The notes under the pieces: model-generated
Database searches by the model: none
The model's input: the letters and a program-made list of their open reading frames with translations, nothing else
What the model was told of the DNA's origin: nothing
In this document: positions 28,673-38,750 of the stretch, in pieces
How the letters are laid out: each line of letters starts with the position of its first letter
Numbering within the stretch: position 1 is the first letter of the stretch
Source of the DNA: Minisyncoccia bacterium
GTDB lineage: Bacteria > Patescibacteriota > Minisyncoccia > Phycocordibacterales > DATDWN01
Direction: 5' to 3'
NCBI GenBank assembly: GCA_049297675.1
Contig: JBAQUS010000004.1
Location: 13,188-77,187 of the forward strand
DNA length: 64,000 bases
Program-made: the position numbers and the translations under genes

Positions 28673-29980
28673 AAAAACACAGACGATTTTGAGATAGAGG
28701 GCGGGAGAAAACTTTCTGGAACAATAAAAACTAACTACTCCAAAAACGGTGCAATGGGTCTTTTTTGCGCATCTCTTTTAAACAAAAGTACTACTATTCT
28801 TCATGGAATTCCTAGGATAGAGGAAATCGCTAGAGCAATGGAGATATTTGAAAGCATTGGGGTAAAAACCGAATGGATAGCAAAAAATTCTGTAAAAATC
28901 ACACCGCCGAAAAGATTTAAACTCCACAATATAAATATGAAATCTGCTGGGAGAATACGATCGGTGCTTATGATGATCGGTTCACTTATCCATTCTGAAA
29001 AAAAATTTAAAATTCCTCATGAAGGTGGATGCAAAATGGGTCAGAGAACAATCGCTGCGCACAGGTTCGGACTAGAATCCCTCGGAGTAAAAATTGTTAC
29101 CAAAGAATCATATTATGAGATAAGTCGTGGAAACCTTAAACCTGGAGAGATAGTGATGTATGAAGCTAGCGACACAGCTACAGAAAACTTGCTTATGGCA
29201 TCTTCACTTATACCAGGTAAAACCACTATAAAGTTTTGCCCATCAAACTATCAGGTTCAGGAGATTTGTTTTTTTCTGGAAAAATGTGGAGTAAAGATAG
29301 AAGGTATCGGAACAACCACACTAACAGTTCACGGCATAAAAAGAATAAACAAAAAAATCGAGTATCACAATAGTGAAGACCCTATTGAATCCATGATGTT
29401 TATTTCCTCCGCTATCGTTACAAAATCAAAACTAAAAATAACACGATGTCCTATTGATTTTCTTTCTCTAGAACTCCTGAAGTTAGAAAAAATGGGTTTA
29501 AAATTTTTAAAATCAAAGGAATACACTTCAGAAAATGGAAGAACCAAACTTGTCGATATTACAGTTTACCCATCAAAGCTTAAGGCTTTGTATGACAAAA
29601 TTCACGCCTCAGCCTACCCAGGAATAAATTCAGACAATCTTCCTTTCTTTGTGCCTATCGCCACACAAGCTAAGGGAACGACTCTTATTCACGATTGGAT
29701 GTGGGAAAACCGAGCTATATACTTTACAGAACTGAATCGCCTCGGAGCCAATATTGTCTTAGCCGATCAGCATAGGGTTTTTGTAAACGGCCCGACGGAA
29801 CTCAAAGCTAATCAGGTTATTTGTCCACCAGCCCTCAGGCCTGCCATGATAGTTTTCGTAGCAATGCTAGGAGCAAAGGGCACATCAATTCTAAGAAATG
29901 TATACTCTATAAAGCGCGGATACGAGAACGTAGCAGAGAGACTAAATGTAATCGGCGCAAAAATAAAACTATTGGAGTAA
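28598..29980 (+). CDS. murA: UDP-N-acetylglucosamine 1-carboxyvinyltransferase
   Basis: DDFEIEGGRKLSGTIKTNYSKNGAMGLFCASLL aligns to the MurA N-terminus. The true start is probably downstream (e.g. GTG ~28658), since the track ORF overlaps the divergent murB start. Confidence 0.8.
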   Translation: MIFFNLHIQPKYTIYDIIANVEKTQKNTDDFEIEGGRKLSGTIKTNYSKNGAMGLFCASLLNKSTTILHGIPRIEEIARAMEIFESIGVKTEWIAKNSVKITPPKRFKLHNINMKSAGRIRSVLMMIGSLIHSEKKFKIPHEGGCKMGQRTIAAHRFGLESLGVKIVTKESYYEISRGNLKPGEIVMYEASDTATENLLMASSLIPGKTTIKFCPSNYQVQEICFFLEKCGVKIEGIGTTTLTVHGIKRINKKIEYHNSEDPIESMMFISSAIVTKSKLKITRCPIDFLSLELLKLEKMGLKFLKSKEYTSENGRTKLVDITVYPSKLKALYDKIHASAYPGINSDNLPFFVPIATQAKGTTLIHDWMWENRAIYFTELNRLGANIVLADQHRVFVNGPTELKANQVICPPALRPAMIVFVAMLGAKGTSILRNVYSIKRGYENVAERLNVIGAKIKLLE

Positions 29981-29985
29981 AAGCA

Positions 29986-30273
29986 CTATTTTATTTCATC
30001 TTTTTTCACAATACCAGCCTCCCTAAGTGTGTCGATTTCCGCAGAAACAGTGGTATCATACACTGATTCATCGTTAGCTTTTTTTTTAACTGTAGCAGAC
30101 AAACTATCTTCTGACACGTATAAATAGTACAAGTTTGGTTCGTATATAAGATGTTTTATTGCAGAACTAAATGCACCTAAAATACTCTCTTCTGACTCCA
30201 TTGGACCTTCAAGTTCAGACTGGATTTGATCTGGTTTCAATTCCTCTATATTCCTTATTTGTTCATTATTCAT
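29986..30273 (-). CDS. hypothetical acidic protein
   Basis: 95-aa ORF with no recognisable motif. Confidence 0.3.
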   Translation of the reverse strand: MNNEQIRNIEELKPDQIQSELEGPMESEESILGAFSSAIKHLIYEPNLYYLYVSEDSLSATVKKKANDESVYDTTVSAEIDTLREAGIVKKDEIK

Positions 30274-30298
30274 ATCTTTCTATTTTAACATAAAAACT

Positions 30299-30384
30299 TG
30301 GTGCCGGGAGAGAGAATCGAACTCTCAATGGATTGCTCCGCACGATTTTGAGTCGTGTGCGTCTACCAATTCCGCCATCCCGGC
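30299..30384 (-). tRNA. tRNA-Leu (anticodon CAA), type II with long variable arm, CCA encoded
   Basis: Manual fold: acceptor gccggga/tcccggc, anticodon stem cacga/tcgtg with loop CTCAAAA, T arm gagag-ttcgatt-ctctc. Confidence 0.8.
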
Positions 30385-30464
30385 ATTTGTAAAATAAATA
30401 TATCACAAGTCTTAAAAAAGTTCAGGGTCAGCTCTCGCTAACCCTTAAACATCTTATAATTATC

Positions 30465-30887
30465 TCACTCTTTCCTTCTTCTCCGCAATTTCTTGTTGAG
30501 TGAATTGATCTCAGAAACTATCTCGGGCTTCATGCAATTGATCGAAGAGACTCTCAAGACAAGGCCACGAATTCCAGGACCAGCATTTGACGTCCCCTTT
30601 TGCTCTTGATTCCAGCTAAAGATCATGCCCACTTGAGCATGTGGACCCCTTTGCTTTAACATTATCCCACTAACAACTATTACCGCTTGACGTGATGCAT
30701 CCTCAAGTCTTTTGAGACTGGGAAGATTAAGTAGTGGACTTTCAATTCTTTCCTCAAAGATTCGAACTACAGCCACTTTCTGCCCCCTCCTACTTCCTAT
30801 CCAAACTGCATTGAGCAGTTTAGTTAGAATCGACTTGTTCAAAACATCCTGTGACTCAATTTTCTTGATCATTTTTCCTCCAATCAA
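30465..30887 (-). CDS. hypothetical protein
   Basis: 140-aa ORF ending in a basic tail (KKLRRRRKE). No motif recognised. Confidence 0.3.
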   Translation of the reverse strand: MIGGKMIKKIESQDVLNKSILTKLLNAVWIGSRRGQKVAVVRIFEERIESPLLNLPSLKRLEDASRQAVIVVSGIMLKQRGPHAQVGMIFSWNQEQKGTSNAGPGIRGLVLRVSSINCMKPEIVSEINSLNKKLRRRRKE

Positions 30888-30930
30888 CGTTGCGGGAATC
30901 TACAATCCATTGTAAAGTATCTCTTAATTT

Positions 30931-31845
30931 ATGAAAAAATCAAGTGTTAAAAATGGACTTCCGAAAGTCCTTGTTATTCTCGGACCAACTTCAATGGGAA
31001 AAAGTGACCTAGCTGTTAGGCTTGCAAAAAAATTTAATGGTGAAATTATTTCCGCTGACTCAAGACAGGTTTATAAAGGACTAAACATTGGCACTGGAAA
31101 AATCACAGAAAAGGAAATGCTAGGTGTCCCCCATCATCTCCTGGACGTGGTTTCTCCTAAAAAAATTTTTTCTGTGTCAGATTTTCAAAAAATAGCAATC
31201 GAGAGAATCGAGAATATTTTATCAAGAGGTAAACTGCCCATAATCTGTGGCGGTACTGGATTTTATATCGACTCAATCGTCCACGGCATAGTTTTACCAG
31301 AAGTTCCACCAAATCCTAAATTGAGAAAAATCTTAGAGAAAAAAAGTCTGGAGGAATTAGTAAAAATATTAAAAAAATTAGACAAAAATAGACTGGAAAA
31401 TATTGATCAAAAAAACAAAGTCAGGTTAATCCGTGCTATTGAGATAGCAAAAAGTCTTGGTAAAGTACCAAAAGTTAAAAAGGAGGAAAGTAAGTATGAT
31501 TTTTGCCAAATAGGACTGAGGATTGATGACTATAATTTGAAAAAAAAGATTCGTAACAGGCTATTTTTGAGAATAAAAAAAGGAATGATAAAAGAAGCTG
31601 AAAATATTCACAAAAATGGGCTCACATACAAGCGAATGAAAGAGCTCGGTCTTGAATATAGGTTTTTAACTGACTTTTTAGAGAAGAAAATTACAAAAGT
31701 GGAATTGTTTAAAAAAATTATGGATGGAAATTGGAACTATGCCAAGAGACAAGTAACTTGGTTTAAAAGAGATGAAAAAATAAAGTGGTTCAAACCCACA
31801 GAGGAAAACTCAATTAAAAGAACTGTGGAAAAATTTTTGACATAA
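30931..31845 (+). CDS. miaA: tRNA dimethylallyltransferase
   Basis: VLVILGPTSMGKSDLAVRLA...ISADSRQVYKGLNIGTGKIT...GVPHHLLDV. Confidence 0.9.
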   Translation: MKKSSVKNGLPKVLVILGPTSMGKSDLAVRLAKKFNGEIISADSRQVYKGLNIGTGKITEKEMLGVPHHLLDVVSPKKIFSVSDFQKIAIERIENILSRGKLPIICGGTGFYIDSIVHGIVLPEVPPNPKLRKILEKKSLEELVKILKKLDKNRLENIDQKNKVRLIRAIEIAKSLGKVPKVKKEESKYDFCQIGLRIDDYNLKKKIRNRLFLRIKKGMIKEAENIHKNGLTYKRMKELGLEYRFLTDFLEKKITKVELFKKIMDGNWNYAKRQVTWFKRDEKIKWFKPTEENSIKRTVEKFLT

Positions 31846-31884
31846 ATTCGTAACACATATAAAATCAAAAAGGAGGTCTTCAGA

Positions 31885-32433
31885 ATGAAGTTGCCGACTG
31901 TATCAGCGAATACTATCGTCCGAAGTTGGGATGGTAGACTAGTCATTGTCAAACACAAACAGAAAGCCTACGACATTAGGCTCGAATGTCCGTGGGGTCT
32001 GCCAGGAGGTGGACTTGAAGACGGTGAAACTCCAATCGAAAATGCGATAAGAGAAACGAGACAAGAGATTGGAGTGGATATCAAAGCTCCAAAACTCATC
32101 GGAACGTTCATCCAGAGAGTTAGGGATGACGAAGCTCCGGGTGGCTTCGTCAGTGGCGTACTCCACCTTTTTGTATCAATTGAGTCAGATTTGGAAGGAA
32201 GGATCAGATGGGAAGGATGTGACGAAATAGAGGAGATTGCCCTTCTTGCACCCAAATCCATCTGCGAAAAACGACAGGAGATCGGACTCGGCTACTTTCG
32301 CATGATTCTCAAGTACATGAGATGCATCGACGGTGCTGACAGGTACGGATTCCAAAACCTCCGACTGTCCTTACCTGTTGAGTATCCACGATTCGGACTA
32401 AAAGACAAAGACCAACTTGTTCTTCAGACTTAA
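31885..32433 (+). CDS. NUDIX hydrolase
   Basis: Nudix box GGGLEDGETPIENAIRETRQEIGVD. Strong SD aaaggagg upstream. Confidence 0.75.
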   Translation: MKLPTVSANTIVRSWDGRLVIVKHKQKAYDIRLECPWGLPGGGLEDGETPIENAIRETRQEIGVDIKAPKLIGTFIQRVRDDEAPGGFVSGVLHLFVSIESDLEGRIRWEGCDEIEEIALLAPKSICEKRQEIGLGYFRMILKYMRCIDGADRYGFQNLRLSLPVEYPRFGLKDKDQLVLQT

Positions 32434-32617
32434 GGGGTGTGCCAGTAATCTCGGCACGCCCCTTAAAATTTTACATGAAATTTAATATGAATTAGTGTAG
32501 ATTAATATATATGAATCCCGTTAGAAGTTGTAATATAAAACAATTCTTGAGAAATAATTATCAACTAGATTTAATTTTTGTACCAAAGAGTTAACAGCTA
32601 CTGGTACTTCTAACGGG

Positions 32618-33295
32618 ATGAAATCTGTGATACTTTGTGCAGGCGAAGGAACGAGAATGAGACCACTTACCTTTACTTTGCCTAAACCACTCATTGACGT
32701 ATCTGGCAAAACAATAATTGAAAGAATTTTAGAGTCTCTTCCAGAGGAAATCGATGAAGTTATTTTGGTTGTGGATTATTTGAGAGAGAAAATCATATCT
32801 CATCTTGTAGAAAACTTTTTAGGAAGAAAAATAAGCTATGCCATTCAAGGAGAAAAAAGGGGTACATTTGGTGCACTACTTAGTGCAAAAAATTTTATAG
32901 AGGAAAATGAAAGATTTCTTGTTCTAAATGGTGATGACATACATGATAAGTTTGAGTTAAGAGAATATTTAAAACACCCAAGAAGTTTCGGTATACAGAA
33001 AATGATAATGCCAAACTATTATAGTGTTTCAGTGGATGAGAACAAACATGTTATTGGTTTTGCCAAACAAACAGATAAGGAAAAACTATATGGAACCTTT
33101 GTCGCAACTGGAGCTTATGTTTTGGATTCAAATATATTTAAACATCCTGGAGTGATAGTTTTTGGCGGAGAATTAGGGCTTCCTCAAACTATTCTTGCCC
33201 AAAAAGACTACCCTATCAATGCAGTAGTCACAGAAAGGTGGGTACCTATAAACTCGTTTGAGGATCTAGAAAAAGCTAAAAAAATATTTTCTTAA
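32618..33295 (+). CDS. sugar-phosphate nucleotidyltransferase (GlmU/RmlA N-terminal domain-like)
   Basis: MKSVILCAGEGTRMRPLTFTLPKPL (GxGTRxxPxT). Confidence 0.8.
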   Translation: MKSVILCAGEGTRMRPLTFTLPKPLIDVSGKTIIERILESLPEEIDEVILVVDYLREKIISHLVENFLGRKISYAIQGEKRGTFGALLSAKNFIEENERFLVLNGDDIHDKFELREYLKHPRSFGIQKMIMPNYYSVSVDENKHVIGFAKQTDKEKLYGTFVATGAYVLDSNIFKHPGVIVFGGELGLPQTILAQKDYPINAVVTERWVPINSFEDLEKAKKIFS

Positions 33296-33401
33296 TTTAC
33301 AGACGATCTTGTCCTGTGTGAATCCACTCTTTTCTGGATCATGAGTTTCCTAAATAGCACTATCTCCAAATATGCAAATTCATTCTGGTTTTTTCATACT
33401 T

Positions 33402-33926
33402 TCATTTTAAGATCTTGTAATGTAGCTGGATCGTATCCTCATTAAGTTTGTTAACTTCCATAAGTTTTAGATCGTATTCAAAATCAGCCTCAGAAAAAAC
33501 TTTTATTCCTTTTCCAAATATCAATGGTTCAACATCTAAATAAATCTCATCTATTAAGTTTTCTTTAAGAAAAGAACTATTTAATTGACCTCCTCCAGCC
33601 ACAAACGCTGTTTTAAAGTTTTTTGTTTCTAATAAATTCAATATATCTTTTGGTGACTTTTTTGTAATCAAAACATTGTCACCCCATTTATTTTCTATCT
33701 CCTGGTTAGATACTACAATATTCAAAGCATCTGGAAATGGAAAATATCCATACTTAGAAGTTTCTATATATGTATTTTTACCCATTATTGTATTTCCTGC
33801 TGATTTACTATGTTCGTAAAATCCTTTCAAGTCTTCTTCTTAAGTAAACTCTGAATTACCATTTTCTCTAGCAATATAACCATTAGCAGATATTCCCATA
33901 TAGATAATTGTCTTCATAATCATCAT
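33402..33926 (-). pseudogene. dihydrofolate reductase-like (RibD C-terminal / DHFR family) gene interrupted by an in-frame TAA (~33840-33842)
   Basis: Minus-strand translation reads MMIMKTIIYMGISANGYIARENGNSEFT-[TAA]-EEDLKGFYEHSKSAGNTIMGKNTYE..., continuing into track ORF 33402..33830. Both halves match the RibD_C/DHFR consensus contiguously. Confidence 0.6.
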
Positions 33927-33942
33927 AATAACAAAAAATCAC

Positions 33943-33977
33943 TGATTTGTATCGGTGATTTTTTGTCTCAAATATTG
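33943..33977. terminator. terminator hairpin aaaaaatcactgatttgtatcggtgattttttgt (paralog of the 12957-12996 terminator)
   Basis: Seen in the sequence downstream of minus-strand tRNA-Trp. Near-identical to the hairpin after tRNA-Gln. Confidence 0.6.
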
Positions 33978-34030
33978 CTTTACTTTCTCGCAAAAACGTC
34001 ACATTGACGCGTCTCGTGCGACGCTCGACT

Positions 34031-34104
34031 TGGCGGGGGGTGGAAGAATCGAACTCCCGACAACGGTTTTGGAGACCGTAGTTATACCACTTAACTAACC
34101 CCCC
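34031..34104 (-). tRNA. tRNA-Trp (anticodon CCA), CCA encoded
   Basis: Manual fold: acceptor ggggggt/acccccc, anticodon stem acggt/accgt with loop CTCCAAA, T arm gggag-ttcgatt-cttcc. Confidence 0.8.
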
Positions 34105-34162
34105 AGATTTACAAAATATAGCAAAAAAACGCCTGATTGGCGAATAAAAAAACAAAATATAG

Positions 34163-35296
34163 CTAAATAACTATCCTCTCTATTAGTGGATTAAGTCGAG
34201 TAACAAATTCATAGTTTGTAGTTCCAGATACTTCTGCTAATTCATTTACTAAAACAGACAAACTGCCGGATCTACCCAAGAGAATAACTTCATCAAAAAT
34301 TTTTGCATTTTTTACATCTGTAACATCTACAACTATCATATCCATTGAAACTCTCCCTAAAACTTTGCAAAATTTATTTCCTATTATTACAACCCCTTTG
34401 CTTGAAAGACTTCTGGAATATCCATGCCAGTAACCAATAGGAATAATAGCAATTTTGGAGTCTCTTTTTAATTTTTCGGTTAGATCATATCCGACGCCAC
34501 TACCTTTTGGAACGTTTTTTATCTGGGAAATAATACTTTTCCAAGTTAACACAGGTTTAAGTATTACTTTATTTTTGTAATATTCTTCGATTTTTTTCGA
34601 TGGCCACAAACCGTAAATACCGATACCAATTCTAAGCATATCCATTTTATTACTTATAAGTATCGCTCCGCTTGTGGATTGACTATGAGTAATAAAATTT
34701 TTAAACCTAGCTTCTTTAAAAAAGTCGACGGCTATTTGGAATTTTTTTACCTGCAGCTCCGTCTGAGTTTTATCATCAGGATCTTTGGCTGAGGAAAAAT
34801 GCGTGTAAATCCCTTCTAACTTTATATTTTTTGATACTTTAATTAGCTCAATTACTTTTGGAATTTCCTCTAGAAAAAAACCTTGTCTGTGCATGCCTGT
34901 ATCAACTTTGACGTGAACGTTAATTTTTTCCTTAGACTTTCTAAGTTTATTTAAAGATTCGAAATCAGAAACGGTAATAGAAACACGATTCTTTATGGCC
35001 TCCTTAACTCTATCCGGAAGTGTAAAACCTAAAACAAGTATTGGTTTTCTTATCCCATTTTCTCTCAAAGCACTTGCTTCAACAATAGAATCCACTCCTA
35101 AAAAATCCACAGCAAGGTTTTGAAGTATACTAGAAATTGTGAGAAGTCCGTGACCATAAGCGTTTGATTTAACCACTCCCATGAGTTTCATTCCTTTAGC
35201 AATTTTTCTAAAAGTTTTGTAGTTACTTTTTATCGCCTTTTCGTCAATTTCAATCCAAGTTCTTAGCTTTTTTTTAATATTTACTGATTTAATCAT
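34163..35296 (-). CDS. alr: alanine racemase
   Basis: PLP-lysine motif VVKSNAYGHGL. Two-domain length. C-terminal beta domain. Confidence 0.9.
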   Translation of the reverse strand: MIKSVNIKKKLRTWIEIDEKAIKSNYKTFRKIAKGMKLMGVVKSNAYGHGLLTISSILQNLAVDFLGVDSIVEASALRENGIRKPILVLGFTLPDRVKEAIKNRVSITVSDFESLNKLRKSKEKINVHVKVDTGMHRQGFFLEEIPKVIELIKVSKNIKLEGIYTHFSSAKDPDDKTQTELQVKKFQIAVDFFKEARFKNFITHSQSTSGAILISNKMDMLRIGIGIYGLWPSKKIEEYYKNKVILKPVLTWKSIISQIKNVPKGSGVGYDLTEKLKRDSKIAIIPIGYWHGYSRSLSSKGVVIIGNKFCKVLGRVSMDMIVVDVTDVKNAKIFDEVILLGRSGSLSVLVNELAEVSGTTNYEFVTRLNPLIERIVI

Positions 35297-35338
35297 TTAA
35301 TATTATGTTGAAAGTAAAAAAACGCTATTAAGCGTTTT

Positions 35339-35494
35339 TTACTTTTTTGCCTCTTTGAAAGCAACTCTCTTACGGAGTTTTTTGCTGTACTTTTTGAGTT
35401 CGATTTTTCTCTCGACTTTTTTCTTGTTTTTCCTGGTCCAGTATACTTCCCCAGATTCTTTATTTCGAAGTGGTATTAATCTATCTTGTGACAT
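35339..35494 (-). CDS. rpmG: 50S ribosomal protein L33
   Basis: 51-aa ORF not in the track: MSQDRLIPLRNKESGEVYWTRKNKKKVERKIELKKYSKKLRKRVAFKEAKK matches the L33 consensus (...GHFYTTTKNKR..PEKLELKKFDP.VR.HV.YKEAK). Followed by terminator aaaaaacgctattaagcgtttttt. Confidence 0.8.
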   Translation of the reverse strand: MSQDRLIPLRNKESGEVYWTRKNKKKVERKIELKKYSKKLRKRVAFKEAKK

Positions 35495-35699
35495 AGTACC
35501 TTGAGATTAATATAAAATTAGAGAAAATGCAAGGAGACCAACCCGTTCGGATTGGCCTCTAGAAATCACAAACCATCGTCTGGAAAAACTCCTGGCAGTA
35601 TGAGCTGAATACTTCTGACAAATTTCTCGTACTCAGTAATGAATACATAGGAAATTCCTATGTAAGTGCCGTACGAAAAAATCCCAAGCAGTTGGGATT

Positions 35700-35725
35700 T
35701 GTTTCGTCGTGTGCGCCGGGTTGGA
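35700..35725 (-). repeat. partial duplicate of the tRNA-Tyr 3' end (discriminator + acceptor 3' strand + T-stem) with its own terminator hairpin (~35678-35700)
   Basis: gtcgtgtgcgccgggttgga here matches 35885-35905, but the T-loop is replaced (ggaatttctcc instead of ggattcgaacc). The upstream aaaaaatccc..gggattt hairpin parallels the one at 35866-35886. Confidence 0.6.
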
Positions 35726-35889
35726 ATTTCTCCCTCGCCTCTCAAGTTTGCCGTCGCAAACTCTCGGGCTGGTCACCGACTCGCGTTCGGCTTTTACTAA
35801 AGCCGAAATCGCTCCGTCGTTCGAATCCAACACGCAAAGCATGCTTTGCTCCGGCACACACGAAAAAATCCCTTGCGGGATTTGTCGTG

Positions 35890-35972
35890 TGCGCCGGGTT
35901 GGATTCGAACCAACGAAGCCCGAGGGCGACAGATTTACAGTCTGTTGTGATAGACCACTCCACCACCGACGC
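35890..35972 (-). tRNA. tRNA-Tyr (anticodon GTA), type II long variable arm
   Basis: Manual fold: acceptor gcgtcgg/ccggcgc (one G-U), anticodon stem acaga/tctgt with loop CTGTAAA, T arm gttgg-ttcgaat-ccaac. Terminator aaatcccgcaagggatttttt downstream on the minus strand. Confidence 0.8.
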
Positions 35973-36027
35973 AACAGTTAGAGAATATCATAAAGCAACA
36001 CAATTTCAAATTTTTATATTCACAAAC

Positions 36028-38712
36028 TTACGCCATAGTAGATTCTGGAATGAAGCTTTCTGAAACAAATGAGCCGTTTCTTCCCTTCTTTACGTTGAAA
36101 TTAAACTCACCTCCCTTTAAATCAACATGAATTGTTCCGCCTTTTGAAATGCCTTTGCTGACCATGAGGGATGCAATGGGTGTTAGAATTTTGGACTGAA
36201 TCAGACGCTTCAGAGGTCTCGCCCCATATTGTGGGTTATAACCCTCTTTTGCTAGATGCTCTATAACGGAATTTGAAAACACCAGCTTTATTTCTTTTTG
36301 CAAGAGTCTATCTTTGACTTGTTCTACCTGAATATTAACAATTTCTGCTATGGCTTCTTTGGATAAAATATCAAATATTATTATCTCATCCAATCTGTTT
36401 AAAAATTCTGGTCTAAAGTGATCCTTAAGAGCTGACATGACATTAGTTTTGGCATTTTCATAATTTGCCTTCTCTCCACTACCAGAGGCAAAACCGATTT
36501 TCTCCATTTTGTCTATGAATCTCGAGCCAATATTTGATGTCAAAATAATAACTGTATTTCTAAAGTTTACCACCCTGCCCTTTGAGTCTGTTAGTTTGCC
36601 ATTATCAAGCACCTGAAGCAGAATATTGAAAACCTCTGGATGAGCCTTTTCTATCTCGTCGAAAAGAATAACCGAATATGGTCTGTGTCGAACCATTTCC
36701 GTAATGGTTCCTCCTTCATCATGACCTACATAACCTGGTGGAGCACCTATAATTTTTGAAACTGAGTGCTTTTCCATAAACTCCGACATATCGATACGTA
36801 TAAGAGCTTTGTCGTCGTCGAACATAAATTGGGCAAGAGCTTTAGTAAGCTCGGTCTTTCCAACCCCTGTTGGACCAAGAAAAAGAAAAGATCCTATTGG
36901 TCTGTTGGGGTCAGAAATCCCAACCCTACTTCTCTTTATAGTATCCGAAATCTTCTGCACTGGTTCGTTTTGACCGACTATTCTTTTCGTTAAGACTTCT
37001 TCCATTCTGCCAAGCTTTTCTGCCTCTTCCTCTAGCATTCTAGTAACTGGAATTCCTGTCCATTTTGAAACTATAGTTGCAATATCGTTTTCAGTTATTT
37101 CTTCTTTCAAAATTCTTCTTGACGATTGAAGTTTTTTTAATCGCTTTAACTTGCCATCTAGTTCTTTCTCAAGCGCCGGAATTTTACCATAGCGAATCTC
37201 AGCAGCACGTGAAAGGTCCGTTCTAGCCTCTGCGCTATCTGCCTCTAACCTCAAACTCTCAAGTTGTTTCTTTATTGATTTAATATCATTAACTGTTTCT
37301 TTCTCGTTATTCCATTTGAGCTCTATCTCACTAATGTCTTCCTTCAAATCGGCAACACTTTTTTCTATCTCCTTTAATCGTGTCTTTGATTTTGTGTCAG
37401 TCTCTTTTTTTAAGGCTTCTTGCTCGATCTGGAGCTTGACGATTTTTGAGTGAGCAGTCTGCAGAACTGGAGGTTTGTTCTCTAGTGCTATTTTTAAGTA
37501 GGATGAAGCTTCATCAATAAGATCGACTGCCTTGTCCGGTAAAAATCTATCAGAAATATATCTTGCTGAAAGATTTACAGCAGAAACTATTGCCTCGTCT
37601 GTGATATGAACTCCATGATACAGTTCATACTTCTCCTTAAGCCCTCGTAAAATAGTTACAGCATCATCGATAGAAGGTTCATTTACGTAAACTGGCTGGA
37701 AACGTCTTGTCAGAGCTGGATCTTTCTCGATATGCTTTTGGTACTCCTTAAGTGTCGTAGCTCCAATTGCTCTTAACTCTCCACGAGCCAAAGCAGGCTT
37801 CAGCATGTTTGAGGCATCAAGCGACCCTTCAGCCGCACCTGCTCCGACAATAGTATGAATTTCATCAACAAAAAGAACTATTTTGCCGTCAGCTCTCTCG
37901 ACTTCTTTCAAAATATTTTTAAGTCTTTCCTCAAACTCACCTCTATATTTTGTTCCAGCAATAAGAAGTCCTAGATCAAGTGAAACTAGCTCTTTATCCC
38001 TCAAAGATTCTGGCACTTCCCCCATAGACATTCTTGTAGCCAGTCCTTCAACAATGGCAGTCTTTCCCACACCAGCTTCGCCAATAAGTATCGGATTATT
38101 TTTTGTTCTTCGAGAGAGAATTTGTATTATCCTACCTATTTCATCATCTCTTCCTATAACAGGATCAAGTTTGTTTTGTTGGGCAAGTTTAGTAAGTGAC
38201 CTAGTATACTTTGAAAGAGCCTTAAATTTTTTCGGAGCCTCACTTTCAACAGTTTTAGCACTTCGAATATCTTCTAAAACCTTCAAAACCGCATCCTTGT
38301 TTATTTTAAATTTCAAAAGTAAATCTCTTGCTGAACTTTGAACTTCCGTAAGTGAAAGAAAAAGGTGTTCTGTCGATACAAACTCATCTTTCAGGCTAGA
38401 TGCTTCTTTTGCTGAAATTTCTATGGTCTGTGCCAAATCAGGTGTGAGATAAATCTGATACGAAGCAGATAAGGTTTGTCCGGCCTCAGTACCTTCTATG
38501 AGCTCAAGAAGTGAGTCCGTCAGTAATATTGTATCAATCTCCATTCTGTCCAATATAGAGGCGACTATACTCTCTTCCTGAAGAATAAGCGCTGTCAAAA
38601 GATGGTTGGTATTAACATGATTTTGACCACGTTCAATAGCCAGCTCATGAGCCTTTCTTATAGCTTCTTTAGCCTTTGTGGTAAATTTCCCAAATGGTGG
38701 CATGCTGTTCAT
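36028..38712 (-). CDS. clpB: ATP-dependent chaperone ClpB (Clp_N, AAA+ D1, coiled-coil M-domain, AAA+ D2)
   Basis: 894 aa. Two Walker A motifs ([16 protein letters not shown]), long coiled-coil middle domain, ClpB C-terminal domain. Confidence 0.9.
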   Translation of the reverse strand: MNSMPPFGKFTTKAKEAIRKAHELAIERGQNHVNTNHLLTALILQEESIVASILDRMEIDTILLTDSLLELIEGTEAGQTLSASYQIYLTPDLAQTIEISAKEASSLKDEFVSTEHLFLSLTEVQSSARDLLLKFKINKDAVLKVLEDIRSAKTVESEAPKKFKALSKYTRSLTKLAQQNKLDPVIGRDDEIGRIIQILSRRTKNNPILIGEAGVGKTAIVEGLATRMSMGEVPESLRDKELVSLDLGLLIAGTKYRGEFEERLKNILKEVERADGKIVLFVDEIHTIVGAGAAEGSLDASNMLKPALARGELRAIGATTLKEYQKHIEKDPALTRRFQPVYVNEPSIDDAVTILRGLKEKYELYHGVHITDEAIVSAVNLSARYISDRFLPDKAVDLIDEASSYLKIALENKPPVLQTAHSKIVKLQIEQEALKKETDTKSKTRLKEIEKSVADLKEDISEIELKWNNEKETVNDIKSIKKQLESLRLEADSAEARTDLSRAAEIRYGKIPALEKELDGKLKRLKKLQSSRRILKEEITENDIATIVSKWTGIPVTRMLEEEAEKLGRMEEVLTKRIVGQNEPVQKISDTIKRSRVGISDPNRPIGSFLFLGPTGVGKTELTKALAQFMFDDDKALIRIDMSEFMEKHSVSKIIGAPPGYVGHDEGGTITEMVRHRPYSVILFDEIEKAHPEVFNILLQVLDNGKLTDSKGRVVNFRNTVIILTSNIGSRFIDKMEKIGFASGSGEKANYENAKTNVMSALKDHFRPEFLNRLDEIIIFDILSKEAIAEIVNIQVEQVKDRLLQKEIKLVFSNSVIEHLAKEGYNPQYGARPLKRLIQSKILTPIASLMVSKGISKGGTIHVDLKGGEFNFNVKKGRNGSFVSESFIPESTMA

Positions 38713-38750
38713 TACACCACTATATCAGAAATTATTGCAAAATCAAAAAT

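Noticed and set aside
35700-35865. tRNA-Tyr with a group I intron, or a second tRNA sharing the Tyr 3' end
   Set aside because: The intact intron-less tRNA-Tyr lies immediately adjacent. The upstream copy has a disrupted T-loop and no 5' half, so it is a partial duplication rather than a split or intron-containing gene.
35633-36063. Four mutually overlapping track ORFs (both strands, 74-123 aa) around 35.6-36.1 kb
   Set aside because: They overlap the clearly foldable tRNA-Tyr gene, its terminator and the duplicated tRNA 3' fragment. The translations are Arg/Pro/Ser-rich and low in complexity, as expected from GC-rich non-coding DNA read in frame.
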